Origin: an uncultured Candidatus Rokubacteria bacterium | GTDB lineage: Bacteria; Methylomirabilota; Methylomirabilia; Rokubacteriales; DASRDR01 | Assembly: GCA_963826115.1 (NCBI GenBank) | Contig: CAWGVS010000001.1 | Span: forward strand, 32,001 to 96,000 | Direction: 5' to 3' | Length of the DNA: 64,000 nucleotides | In this document: positions 37,800 through 47,412 of the stretch, piece by piece | How the letters are laid out: the number at the start of each line of letters is the position of its first letter | How positions within the stretch are numbered: the first letter of the stretch is position 1 | Made by a program: the position numbers and the translations under genes | Notes under the pieces: generated by a model | The model's input: only the letters and a program-made list of their open reading frames with translations | Told to the model about the DNA's origin: nothing | Databases searched by the model: none

Positions 37800-38086
37800 C
37801 CGTCCCATGGCGCCGGCATGCTCTCTTCGAAACGCCACCTGCGACCATGACGGACAGCTTCGCCGCACCATCACGCGCGGGCCGTAAAGGGCCGGGACAT
37901 CTCGAACACGAGGATCGAACACGAGGACGCCGGTCCCCAGGTGACATCCGCACCGCCCGCCTGCCAGCATCCCGTGGCAGAGGACCGGAGATCTCGGACC
38001 GTGGCGCTAGGCATCGAGAGCACCTCAGTGGCTTCGTCTGGAATTGGCCTGTCGAGGGTCCAGAAAAAACCTTGCCTGAAAAGCCC

Positions 38087-38169
38087 AACGGGCCACGGCG
38101 CGTGCCGTAGCCCGTTCGCTTCCGTGGTTGCGGGGGCTGGCTTTGAACCAGCGACCCTTGGGTCATGAG
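38087..38169 (-). repeat. tRNA-fMet 3'-half remnant (att-like) plus downstream hairpin
   Basis: Reverse complement CTCATGACCCAAGGGTCGCTGGTTCAAAGCCAGCCCCCGCAACCA (38125-38169); hairpin 38087-38116; no 5' half. Confidence 0.75.
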
Positions 38170-38793
38170 GGAAATGCCGGCCACGACGCCAGCCTAGACA
38201 AACCGACAACCACCGAAAGCTACGACAGTTCGGCGGCCGATGATCCACCCCATCCAACGCCCCTTCGGCCCGGTTCATCCACAGGACGTACACACGGCGA
38301 GCCGCGTCCCACCCGAGGCGCGTGTGGCCTCCGGGGCCGATGATGCTGACCCGCGCCGCTCTTGACATGGCCTGCCCCGGACGCGCACCATCGGCCCACG
38401 GTGGCGGGAGCCGGCGTGGGCCACCAGCTCCCTGGGGGCCTGGCTTTATGTCGCCTTCTATGCAGCGGCCCCCCGTGTCAAGCGATAGCGGCATGTGTAG
38501 CGTCGCTCTCTTCCTCCGTCCGAGGTTCAGCGGCCCACGGCGATTACCCACGGCTCCCGCGAGGTTCAGTCATCCTTCTATTCCCGCTCGTCAAGGGCGA
38601 GCGGGGCTCGCCGGCGCATGAGGGGAGTCGAAGAGTGGGGACGCCATCTATGCAACGGCGCTCGAACCGCGGCCAAGCCGACATACGCGCTCACCCACCC
38701 GTGTTCGGGCTGATGATCCAGGTCACGGCATGCTCGTCGTCTCCTGAGAGTCTCGTGGTGGGCCGGGATCGTCGGCTCCATGCCTGAGAGCCC

Positions 38794-39585
38794 GTGACCT
38801 CGCGCCCGCAGCGCCCAGCCGACTTCGTCATCTTGTCGGCGAGACGCTCTGGGAGCACCAACCTGCAGGACAGCCTCAGCCGGCATCCGGAGATCAACTG
38901 CGGGGGCGAGATCTTCAACCCGGCCCACCTTCAGGTGTGGAACCAGATCTCCAGGCTGTACGCCCACGGCCCGCTGGTTCGCTGGGGAGGGCTGTGGGCG
39001 GTGTTCGCTCTCGCGCGATACGGCAAGTGGCGGTTCCCGCGCGCCATGCTCCGTGTCGCGCGCCCCCCCCGTTGCAAGACGCTGTTCGGATTCCGTCTCT
39101 TCGGCGACCAGATCTCGTATTTCGGCATGGAGTGGTTCCTCGACGAGCTGTACGCGGAGGGCACACGCTTCATACACCTCCTGAGGCGGGACACCTTCGA
39201 TCAGGCGTTGTCTCTGGTGCGTGCGCAGGTCACGGGGACCTGGAAGCGCGGGCCTGACCGGGTGCCGCCGGCCTCGGAGCCGGAGGTGGACGTCCTGGCG
39301 CTCGCGGACCGCATCGAGGCGGCCGCCAGGCAGCTCCACGAGGACAAGCTTGTTGCGGCCCGGTCAGCCCGGCGATACCGATCGCTGCTCGTGACTTACG
39401 AGGAATACACGGCGGACGAGGCCTCGTACGACCGCATCCAGGCGTTTCTGGGCGTGCGCACCCAGGTTCGACTGCGGCACGTCAACGTGAAGACGCCGCC
39501 CGTGGACGCCGAGGCGTACCGCCGCCTACGCCACGAGCTCACCCGGCGTGAAGCGCCGCTCTCGTTCGATCTCGAGGCGGGCTAA
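38794..39585 (+). CDS. Sulfotransferase (Stf0-like)
   Basis: RRSGSTNL..HPEI..GEIFN (5'-PSB), IHLLRRD..QALS (3'-PB), VTYEE. Confidence 0.8.
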   Translation: MTSRPQRPADFVILSARRSGSTNLQDSLSRHPEINCGGEIFNPAHLQVWNQISRLYAHGPLVRWGGLWAVFALARYGKWRFPRAMLRVARPPRCKTLFGFRLFGDQISYFGMEWFLDELYAEGTRFIHLLRRDTFDQALSLVRAQVTGTWKRGPDRVPPASEPEVDVLALADRIEAAARQLHEDKLVAARSARRYRSLLVTYEEYTADEASYDRIQAFLGVRTQVRLRHVNVKTPPVDAEAYRRLRHELTRREAPLSFDLEAG

Positions 39586-39819
39586 CTAGCGGCGCGCTGG
39601 CCCTCCCTGCGCTCTGGGAGTGTGATCACTACGGCAAGTTGTGCTGCAGCACTGCGGCGACGGGTCGCGCTGACATCTGCGGCCGAGCGCGTGGGAGGCG
39701 GTCCGGATTCGAGGATTCTCGAAATTTGCCTGAACGAACATCGGATCTGGATTCTCCGCCCCGAGTCTTGTGTGGTGCCCCCGGAGGAGACGGAAGGATG
39801 GATCGGCGCCAGAAACACG

Positions 39820-39883
39820 AAGGCCTCGGAAGTCGTTCTCTTCCGAGCCCTTGGGTTGCGGGGGCTCGATTTGAACCAGCGAC
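39820..39883 (-). repeat. tRNA-fMet 3' remnant plus hairpin
   Basis: GGTTGCGGGGGCTCGATTTGAACCAGCGAC (39854-39883); hairpin AAGGCCTCGGAAG..CTTCCGAGCCCTT. Confidence 0.7.
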
Positions 39884-39919
39884 TGAGGGCGACGGTGGGT
39901 GCGACGGCGACCACATTCC

Positions 39920-40124
39920 GCGCGCTGTCGGAGAACGATCGCTCGCCGAGGCGACGGCTCCATCGCTCAGACAGCTGCCGCGCCTCACGCATGGTAAGCG
40001 CACTCGCCGCACGCTCCAAGATCTCCTTGACCTCCTGCTGCAGCGAGCGCCCGTTGAGGCGGACGCGCTCCTTCAGACGCTCGACGGTCTTCTGATCAAT
40101 ATCTCGAACGAGGATCGCGCCCAT
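39920..40124 (-). pseudogene. FitA/Arc-like ribbon-helix-helix antitoxin, 3'-truncated, toxin missing
   Basis: MGAILVRDIDQKTVERLKER..NGRSLQQEVKEILE..FSDSA, then reads into the tRNA remnant. Confidence 0.65.
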
Positions 40125-40189
40125 CTTGTCCCCAGCCACACGCGTTCCTTGAACACCCTGGGATCACAGGTGGATCGACACGCCGGTCA

Positions 40190-40251
40190 GGGGGTAGGCG
40201 ACATAATGCCCTTTTCTCAGTCGGCCTCCACTCCCTCCTGCCGGGGGGGGG
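40190..40251 (-). repeat. IS91/ISCR-like end motif, copy A
   Basis: Reverse complement CCGACTGAGAAAAGGGCATTATGTCGCCTACCCCC; similar to 43261-43316 and to the + strand copies. Confidence 0.7.
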
Positions 40252-40330
40252 ACACGTCGTTGGCGGCCTCGCGCGTGAACGTCTCATCGAGACAAAGCTC
40301 ACCGCCGGGCGAGAAAGGTGAGGGGTAGGA

Positions 40331-40927
40331 CTACGCCTTGCGTACTGGGTAGCGCAGGTGTGTAACGCCGACGCCCGGGATCACCGTCGGGTTGCCAAGG
40401 ACGGCTGGCGCGCCGGCGAGGTGGTCGAAGAGTCGAACTCCGGAGCCAAGAAGAACCGCCGCGATGTCGACGTTGATTTCGTCGAGGAGGCCAGCATACA
40501 GCAATTGCTGGATGGTGTCAGCGCCGTGGGCCCCGACGGACTTCCCGCCGGCCGCGGCTTTGGCTTGGTTCACGGCGCTTTCGATGCCGTCGGTCACGAA
40601 TTGCACAGTCGAGTTGGGTCGCGGCCATCCGGCGGGGATGTGGTGGGTAAGTACGAATGCCGGTCCCCAAGCGTGATTTCCGTCCCAGCCATGGGCGATG
40701 TCGAAAGTGCGTCGACCGGTGAGCGCGGCACCAAGTCCGGACCAGAGACCGCGAAGGTGCTCGGCGCTCGCCCCGGACACCTTGAACGTCATGGGATCCG
40801 ACCCTCCGGTGTGGATTTCGATGTCCCCCGAGGTGAAGTACCAGTCGAACAATTCAGCCACGCCATCGTTGAGGTCGGCGATGTAGCCGTCGAGCGACAT
40901 GGACATGATTGCGACGACCTTCGACAT
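40331..40927 (-). CDS. Dihydrofolate reductase/RibD C-terminal family protein
   Basis: SMSLDGYIA, GRRTFD, FVLTH, GADTIQQ..LLDEI..LLGSGVRLF. Confidence 0.9.
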   Translation of the reverse strand: MSKVVAIMSMSLDGYIADLNDGVAELFDWYFTSGDIEIHTGGSDPMTFKVSGASAEHLRGLWSGLGAALTGRRTFDIAHGWDGNHAWGPAFVLTHHIPAGWPRPNSTVQFVTDGIESAVNQAKAAAGGKSVGAHGADTIQQLLYAGLLDEINVDIAAVLLGSGVRLFDHLAGAPAVLGNPTVIPGVGVTHLRYPVRKA

Positions 40928-41040
40928 TGCGATGTTCCTTTCGAGGAGTGGAGGCTGCGTTCACGGGATCGCGCGCTGTCCTCCCGGATCGTCCGCCCAA
41001 CGTTGGCGCTGAGCAACGGGTTAGACGCTTGCTTCAGTTC

Positions 41041-41517
41041 TCAACCCTTACGTCTCATGGGATTCTCTCGAGAAGTCTGCTGCCCGAGCTGTTGGGCGAG
41101 CCCGATGAGAATTCCTTCGGGACCCCGGATGTAGCAGAGCCGATACATGTCTCCATATTGGACCACTTCGCCGACGAGCTTCGCGCCGCGTTTGCCGAGT
41201 CGGGCGAGCGTATCGTCGATGTCCTCCACGGTGAACATGACGCGCAGGTAGCCAAGAGCGTTCACTGGGGCGCTGCGGTGATCGGCGACCACTGGTGGCG
41301 CGAGGAAACGGGACATCTCGAGCCTGCTGTGACCGTCCGGCGTACGCATCATGGCAATCTCGACGCGCATGTCGCGCAATCCAGTGACGCGATCTGCCCA
41401 GTCTCCTTCGACTGGGGCGCGCCCCTCGAGCTCGAGACCAAGTTCGGTGAAGAACTCAATGGCGGCATCAATGTCTTCCACCACGATGCCGACGTTGTCC
41501 ATACGCTTGACCGTCAT
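41041..41517 (-). CDS. VOC (glyoxalase) family protein
   Basis: MDNVGIVVEDIDAAIEFF..YRLCYIRGPEG. Confidence 0.9.
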   Translation of the reverse strand: MTVKRMDNVGIVVEDIDAAIEFFTELGLELEGRAPVEGDWADRVTGLRDMRVEIAMMRTPDGHSRLEMSRFLAPPVVADHRSAPVNALGYLRVMFTVEDIDDTLARLGKRGAKLVGEVVQYGDMYRLCYIRGPEGILIGLAQQLGQQTSRENPMRRKG

Positions 41518-41617
41518 GATGTCTCCTAGGCGTCTAACGAACAGTAGGCTGACCCGCTCTGCTCGCGACCGGGCGCCACTCCCGGGGGGCGCCCGGCGGC
41601 AACCTCTCAATCGAATA

Positions 41618-42298
41618 TCAGTGCGCGTGAACCGCCGCCTTCGGATCGGCGATCGCATCGTCACGCTCGGTCGGCACCTGATGTCGTGCCAGTCTGGCGA
41701 ACGTCAGCAGGTGCAGTAGGATGAACAGCGGCACCAGGAACGTCGGAATCAGGCTGACGGGGAACGTGACCATGAGCTCCGTCGTGACGCCGCCGCGGCT
41801 CAGTACGCCAAGCGGGCCGTTCGAGTACAGAACCCCCACCACCAGGGCCGACAGGAGATCGGCGAGCCCGAACGTGTTCCAGACGAGCAGCCACGTCCGC
41901 GAGACGGTTCCTCGTCGAAGGCTGGGAAGAAGGGCGAGGGCGCCGGCCGCGGTCACGGCATCACCAAGACCTTCCGGAATCGCAAACCCGCCCGGCAGCC
42001 TGCCGAACATCCAGGCCGCCACGAACCCGAAGCCGACGAATCGCCAGGTGTGCAGCCCGACCATCCACGTCAGGCTGAAACGATCGGTCCACGCCCGCAG
42101 CGACGGGCTGAGGCGGTACGCCACGACGCCAAGCGCGATGGGGACGACGATGAACGAGAGGAGAATCACCGGCGGCTGGCCCGGCCGGTTGACGAGGCCC
42201 GTCGTGGCGCCGACGATGGCGGCGACGAGCCAGACGAGGAGCGCGAACCCGGTGACCACCCGCACGGTCGAGAATCGAGAGTAATGGATCTGAGTCAT
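41618..42298 (-). CDS. Hypothetical multi-pass membrane protein
   Basis: HTWRFVG..LP..FA.P.G.GD..WNTFG..D..FPVSLIPTFLVP..LH; AGGAG RBS. Confidence 0.8.
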   Translation of the reverse strand: MTQIHYSRFSTVRVVTGFALLVWLVAAIVGATTGLVNRPGQPPVILLSFIVVPIALGVVAYRLSPSLRAWTDRFSLTWMVGLHTWRFVGFGFVAAWMFGRLPGGFAIPEGLGDAVTAAGALALLPSLRRGTVSRTWLLVWNTFGLADLLSALVVGVLYSNGPLGVLSRGGVTTELMVTFPVSLIPTFLVPLFILLHLLTFARLARHQVPTERDDAIADPKAAVHAH

Positions 42299-42314
42299 AC
42301 GAGTCTCCTTAGAC

Positions 42315-42328
42315 TGTGCATATGCACA
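42315..42328. promoter_or_regulatory. Palindromic operator (putative MarR site)
   Basis: TGTGCATATGCACA perfect palindrome just upstream of the membrane-protein gene. Confidence 0.65.
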
Positions 42329-42351
42329 CTTATGCTCCACGAACGCCGTCC

Positions 42352-42810
42352 TCACGCACTCCGTTGACGTGTGACGGACTGACCGAGGTACCGGAGCGCG
42401 AGGCGCCACCCCGAATCCGGCACCTGCGCGCGCACCTCGTCCTGCACGCCCCGCCAGGCCGGGTAGACGCACGCGAGCAACGCACGTCCCTTCGCGGTCG
42501 CGCGCAGCTCGTCATGCCGGTGCCCCGCGGCGCGACGGACCTCCACCAGGCGCCGGCGCACCAGCGGCCGGACGTTGCGCAGGAGCGTCGTCCGGTCCAT
42601 CCCCAGGCTCTCCGCGAGTGGCGCGAGACGGACGCTGTCGCCCGTCGCCGCAGCCGTGAGGATCGGGAGTTGCGTGGCGCGGAGACCGAACGGGCGCAGG
42701 GCCGCGTCGTACCGCTGCGTGACGATCCTCGTCGTCCGTCTGAGGGCCAGGCACAGGCAGTCCTGGAAATCCTTCAGTTCGGCGCCGGTCGGGGTTTGGC
42801 GGGGCATCAT
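42352..42810 (-). CDS. MarR-family transcriptional regulator
   Basis: CLCLALRRTTR.VTQRYD.AL.PFGL.ATQ..LGMDRTTL.RN. Confidence 0.9.
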   Translation of the reverse strand: MMPRQTPTGAELKDFQDCLCLALRRTTRIVTQRYDAALRPFGLRATQLPILTAAATGDSVRLAPLAESLGMDRTTLLRNVRPLVRRRLVEVRRAAGHRHDELRATAKGRALLACVYPAWRGVQDEVRAQVPDSGWRLALRYLGQSVTRQRSA

Positions 42811-42813
42811 GAG

Positions 42814-42827
42814 TGTGCATATACACA
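42814..42827. promoter_or_regulatory. Palindromic operator (putative MarR autoregulatory site)
   Basis: TGTGCATATACACA, one mismatch to 42315-42328, adjacent to the marR start. Confidence 0.65.
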
Positions 42828-43195
42828 GTATAAGACGTCGCCATCCAGGTCAAGGTTCACCGTTGCCTCCCAGAACGCGAGATCCGTCTCCACGACATGG
42901 TGTCGCCGCGATTCTTCCCTGGAAGGCATCGCGTTCGACGGAAATCGATTCAATGGACCGCCGCAACGGCACAACTGTTCAAGTACTTGACGCGTTTTTG
43001 AGAGTGCTCGCGCAGAGATGGCGAGCCTAACAGGAATCGAACCGACGCGAGGCCGATGCGCTCCCACAATCGGATTGTTCCTGAGCAGTCGCCAAGGGAT
43101 GCCGCCCACAGGTCGTGGGCCATGGTCGGGTGGCGCCCGAGGCCGCCGCTGATGACCCCGCCGAGACCCGCTCGGGGCCGCCGTCCCCACGGCGC

Positions 43196-43260
43196 AACTG
43201 GACGTGGGCAGCCCTCATGCGACGCGCGTTCGCGATCGCCGTGTTGGCCTGTCCGAACTG
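43196..43260 (+). mobile_element. IS91-family transposase C-terminal fragment
   Basis: NWTWAALMRRAFAIAVLACP matches WPWAQLLRRVFGVDVLVC of the 57482-58276 remnant. Confidence 0.6.
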
Positions 43261-43316
43261 GGGGGTAGGCGACATGCTTTTCTCAGTCGGGCTCCACTCC
43301 CTCCTCCCGGGGGGGG
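43261..43316 (-). repeat. IS91/ISCR-like end motif, copy B
   Basis: GGGGGTAGGCGACAT..CTTTTCTCAGTCGG.CTCCACTCCCTCCT.CCGGGGGGGG shared with 40190-40251. Confidence 0.7.
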
Positions 43317-43412
43317 CTCCACTCCCTCCTCCCGGGGGACCGCTGAACATCGCGGCCCTGGCGCTTCGAATCCCGAGGTAGTCCGTCTGGACGCCTATCG
43401 TGAACGCGTCGA

Positions 43413-43952
43413 TCGAACCAGCGGTGGTGCTCCGACGTCTTCCTCATCCCGTGCTGGAGCGGCGAGGTCCTGTCCGTCGCCTTCGCGATCGACTGTCACG
43501 ATCGCGAGGGCCTCGCCTGGACCGCCTCGCCGCGGCCGCTGACGGGTGCCGACATTCGCACGCTCATGGACACGGCGTTGTGGGCCCGCTTCGGCGAGGC
43601 GACGGCCATGGCGCCGCACGCGATCCAGTGGCTCAGCGACAACGCCCCGCAGTACACCGCGACGGCCAGCGTCCTCTACGCGCATGAGCTCGGCCTGGTG
43701 CCGATCACCACGCCGGCGTACAGCCCCGAGAGCAATGGCCTGGCGGAAGCCTTCGTGAAGACCTTCAAGCGGGACTATGTCGGCGGGCCGGAGCTCCGCG
43801 ACGCCGAATCGGTGCTCATGCAGCTGGGTGGGTGGTTTGCCGACTACAATACCCAGGCGCCCCACGGCGCGCTGGGACTCCGGAGCCCGGTGGAGTACCG
43901 GGCGACCTTAGGACTCGCGCCCCCATCTGTCTAGCGAACTGGGAGCACTCCA
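43413..43952 (+). mobile_element. IS3-family (IS2-like) OrfB remnant with right terminal repeat
   Basis: SNQRWCSD..AFAIDCHDRE..WLSDN..SPESNGLAEAFVKTFKRDY (DDE); ends ..GGGAGCACTCCA. Confidence 0.85.
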
Positions 43953-44012
43953 AGGTCGGCATGCTAGGCCGCCTTTACCCGCCCACGTAGGGGCACGGTC
44001 AAGCTAAAGCGG

Positions 44013-44041
44013 TGGTGGCTCCAACGGGATTCGAACCCGTG
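44013..44041 (-). repeat. tRNA-Glu-like 3' end remnant (att-like)
   Basis: Reverse complement CACGGGTTCGAATCCCGTTGGAGCCACCA: T-arm, acceptor 3' strand and CCA. Confidence 0.75.
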
Positions 44042-44448
44042 CTTGAATCGAGATCACGCTTTCGCCAGTCAGCTCGCGAGGTTACGCGCTGTCTAGTTCC
44101 GAACAAGGAGACGGGACTCAAACCTCAGACCGTGCCAATTCCCGGAAGAAGCGCTCCAGGAGATTCCTGAGCACCAGCGTGAACCTGTCTTCCGGGTTCA
44201 CCGCGGCGGCCTGGCGCACCCCATCGCCGCGAACTTGTAGTAGCCCATCTGCCGACCGATGCCCACGACCCTCGACTTGAAGTCGCCGAGCGTCGCGCCC
44301 GCGCCGCTGTCGCCGGTGACCTGCCGGTAGACGTCGCCCACGAGGCCGACGTGGCAGTGCTCCGACAGGAACTGGGACGCGACCTCTCGGCGCCGGCAAG
44401 CCGGATTGCGTAGACTGTGAGGCCTGACCCCCTTTTCAGGAGGCGACG

Positions 44449-45432
44449 ATGGCGCAGGCGAGCACGATGAGCTACGAGGTCGTCGAGGGTTGGGAGCAGC
44501 TGCCCGCCGGCTGGGAGCACCGGGACGTGGCCGGGGTCGCCGTCGACGCGGAGAGCCGCGTCTACCTGATCTGCCGCGGCGAGCACCCGATCATTGTCTA
44601 CGACAGCCAGGGGAACTTCATTCGCGCCTGGGGCGAGGGCGACTTCACCCTGCGGACGCATGGAATCACGGTCGGCCCCGACGGGACCGTCTACGCCACC
44701 GATGACGGCAATCACACGGTGCGCCAGTTCACTCCCGGCGGAAAGCTGCTGATGACCCTGGGAACGCTGAACACCCCCTCCGACACCGGGTACGACGGCA
44801 AGAGCACGGTCACCGCAACCAGGCCCGGAGGGCCCTTCAATCGCCCGACCAACGTGGCGATCGGACCCCGGGGCGACGTCTACGTCTCCGACGGCTACGG
44901 GAACTGCCGGGTCCACCGCTTCTCGCCCACCGGTGAGCTGAAGCGCTCGTGGGGCGCGGCCGGCCAGGGCCCCGGCGAGTTCTTCCTGCCCCACGGCATC
45001 GCCGTGGCGGCGGACGGGCGCGTGTTCGTCTGCGACCGGGAGAACGACCGCATCCAGATCTTCAGCCCCGACGGCGAGTATCTCGCCCAGTGGACCGACA
45101 CCCGGCGGCCGACCCACCTCGTGTTCGACGGCCAGGGCCGAGCCTACGTCTCCGAGCTGTGGTGGCAGCCGGGCCAGACCTCCCGGCGCTACGGACCGGC
45201 CGGGGAGCTCCGCGCGGGCCGCGTCAGCGTCTACGACCGGGAGGGACGCGTCCTCGCGCGCTGGGGCGGGCCGGATCCGGTCGCGGCCGGTAGCTTCGCG
45301 GCTCCCCACGGCATCGCCGTGGATTCGAAAAACGACGTGTACGTGAGCGAGGTCACCTGGACGTTCGCGGCCAGCCGCGGCCACGTGCCGGCGGGCTGCC
45401 ATACGTTCCAGAAGTTCGCGCTACGAGGGTAG
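44449..45432 (+). CDS. NHL-repeat beta-propeller (PAL-like)
   Basis: HGITV, FNRPTNVA..VYVSDGYGN.RVH.F, PHGIAV..DRENDRIQIF. Confidence 0.9.
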   Translation: MAQASTMSYEVVEGWEQLPAGWEHRDVAGVAVDAESRVYLICRGEHPIIVYDSQGNFIRAWGEGDFTLRTHGITVGPDGTVYATDDGNHTVRQFTPGGKLLMTLGTLNTPSDTGYDGKSTVTATRPGGPFNRPTNVAIGPRGDVYVSDGYGNCRVHRFSPTGELKRSWGAAGQGPGEFFLPHGIAVAADGRVFVCDRENDRIQIFSPDGEYLAQWTDTRRPTHLVFDGQGRAYVSELWWQPGQTSRRYGPAGELRAGRVSVYDREGRVLARWGGPDPVAAGSFAAPHGIAVDSKNDVYVSEVTWTFAASRGHVPAGCHTFQKFALRG

Positions 45433-45590
45433 GCGGCTCGCCAGCGCCGACGGCGATCCCGCCCAGGATCAGCACGACGGCCGCGACGAGCAACGGGGTC
45501 AGCGCCTCGCCGAGCCACAGGGTCGCCAGCAGCGCCAGCGCCGTGACGACTGCCGGCAGGTCCCGGTCGTTTTCCCCGAGGGGGGCGCGG

Positions 45591-46610
45591 CTAGCGGGGT
45601 GCCGGCCAGACGATGGCCGCGCCCGCGCCGCCGAATTGGCCCCGGCGGGTGAGGAAGTTTTCCGCGCTCAGGAGCACGATCATGAGCAAGGACAGGCAGA
45701 CCAGGAACATCGCGATGCCGATCACGATCTCGAGGATCTTGAGATTCTCGAACAGCGAGGGTATCGACCTGCCTCCGCGTTCCCGGCGCACCCGCAGCTT
45801 CGCCGGGATCGTCGCCACGCGCCACGCGGTATTGGCCGCCAAGGCGATTCCCACGGCGGCGATTGCGAGTCCGACGCCGACGAACACGAGGATGCCGAAG
45901 CGCGTGCCGGCGCTGCCCTCGAGATAGTTTTGCGTCGTGGCGGCAACCAGGCGCGGGGTGCGTGCGAACGCCTCACCGATCCGCGAGAACCAGGGTCGCT
46001 GTGAGCGCCGGTCCGCGGCCGCCCTCGCGTGAATCGCCTCCGCATCGTCGTTGCCCATTTCTTTGCGCAGGGCCTTGATGAGGGCGTCGAATCCGCGCTC
46101 GTACTGGCCCTGCGGAAAGGCGGGGGCGAGATGCGATTCGAGCAGCTGCCGCACGCGGGCGTCGGTGAACACCGACTCGAGCCCGTAGCCCACGTCGATG
46201 CGCGCGATCCGCGGCTCCGTGAAGACGAATACGACGAGCCCGGTGTCGTTCTTCGCCGCGCCGATCTTCCAGTCGGTGGCGGTCTGAATCGTCCACGCCG
46301 CAAGGTCCCCTTCCGGCGGCTTGCGGTCGACATAGACAACGATCTCCGCGCGCTCGTCATTGAGCAATGCCCCGGCCCACTCGCTGGCAAACTTGGGCGA
46401 CACGATCCCGACTCGGTCGACGAAGGCCTGGGCGGGCTGCGCGAGCGATGGCGGAGGCGGGAGCTTGCGCGGCGCGGCGAAGATCAGAAGCAGGATGACC
46501 GCCGCGAACGTCGCCAGCGACCACCGGACGATCCGAACCATCCGGGGCGTCACGAGCGCCGCCGCGGTTCCCTTCGGAGTGGGCTTGGCAGCGGGCTTGG
46601 ACAAGGGCAT
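45591..46610 (-). CDS. TPM-domain membrane protein
   Basis: WKIG..DTGLV..RIDVGYGLE..TD..GGAGA. Confidence 0.85.
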   Translation of the reverse strand: MPLSKPAAKPTPKGTAAALVTPRMVRIVRWSLATFAAVILLLIFAAPRKLPPPPSLAQPAQAFVDRVGIVSPKFASEWAGALLNDERAEIVVYVDRKPPEGDLAAWTIQTATDWKIGAAKNDTGLVVFVFTEPRIARIDVGYGLESVFTDARVRQLLESHLAPAFPQGQYERGFDALIKALRKEMGNDDAEAIHARAAADRRSQRPWFSRIGEAFARTPRLVAATTQNYLEGSAGTRFGILVFVGVGLAIAAVGIALAANTAWRVATIPAKLRVRRERGGRSIPSLFENLKILEIVIGIAMFLVCLSLLMIVLLSAENFLTRRGQFGGAGAAIVWPAPR

Positions 46611-46851
46611 CGCGTATTCCCTGGGTCTCCGCTTTGCACCGGCGGCCATGTCGCCGCGATTCGTGAGGCGTCGACGGACCGGAAGCCACGAGCGCTGGAA
46701 CCAGACCCAGCCAGCAGTCCCTCTCGTGCGCAGTGAGACGGTTAGTACGGCACCGGAACCTTCTCGAACGGGGGATCGTGAGCTCCCAACATCGCCGACC
46801 CGTCGCAGCGAAAGACGGTGTCTTGCGTTCGAGCTTGCCAATCCCCGTCGA

Positions 46852-47244
46852 TCAGCTGCAACCCGTTCGGGGCGTGCCTCGCGCTTTCCTGGGCACCAGC
46901 GTGCACGCGAAGGTGGCGGGCTGCTGCCGGTACTGGTCAAGGAGGGCCCGGAGCCGCGCCAGCGTTCGGTCCCGCTTGGAGAGGCCGATACCGTAGATCG
47001 CCAGATCGTTCACCAGCCGCGTGTAGAAGAAATGCTGGTGGTCACCAGTGTCCCGCATGCAGGGCGTCGGCTTCTGCGCCACGCGCAGGAGGAGCCCGAA
47101 CGCGTGGACGTACTCGCCGAGCACCGGCTCGTCACGGAGGTCCGGGGGAACCTCGGGGAAGCGTGCCAGGAACTCATCCACCGTCATCGGGGTGCGAACG
47201 GCCCGGGCGCATTCCTCCAGGTCCGACGATAGGTGTATCTGCAT
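46852..47244 (-). CDS. Hypothetical protein
   Basis: GGAGG RBS; protein-like composition. Confidence 0.6.
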   Translation of the reverse strand: MQIHLSSDLEECARAVRTPMTVDEFLARFPEVPPDLRDEPVLGEYVHAFGLLLRVAQKPTPCMRDTGDHQHFFYTRLVNDLAIYGIGLSKRDRTLARLRALLDQYRQQPATFACTLVPRKARGTPRTGCS

Positions 47245-47412
47245 GACAGCCCCTCCAGAGCCCAGTATAGTCCGGGGGCGCCCGGCTGGTCTTCTCCTGC
47301 CCACACACCCATACGTCCTGACGGTCAGGCTCACCCGATCAACCGCCGATGCCTCCAGCGCCTCGCGGGATCGCACGCAGGAATCTCTCTCATCGCCGTC
47401 GCGCCTCTCGGA

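Noticed and set aside
38125-38169. Functional tRNA-Met gene
   Set aside because: Only the 3' half is present, with substitutions; no D-arm or 5' acceptor strand
44013-44090. Functional tRNA-Glu gene
   Set aside because: Similarity stops after the T-arm; no anticodon or D arm
45433-45560. Hydrophobic minus-strand stretch resembling a DMT/EamA C-terminus
   Set aside because: Too short and without a start; at most a debris fragment
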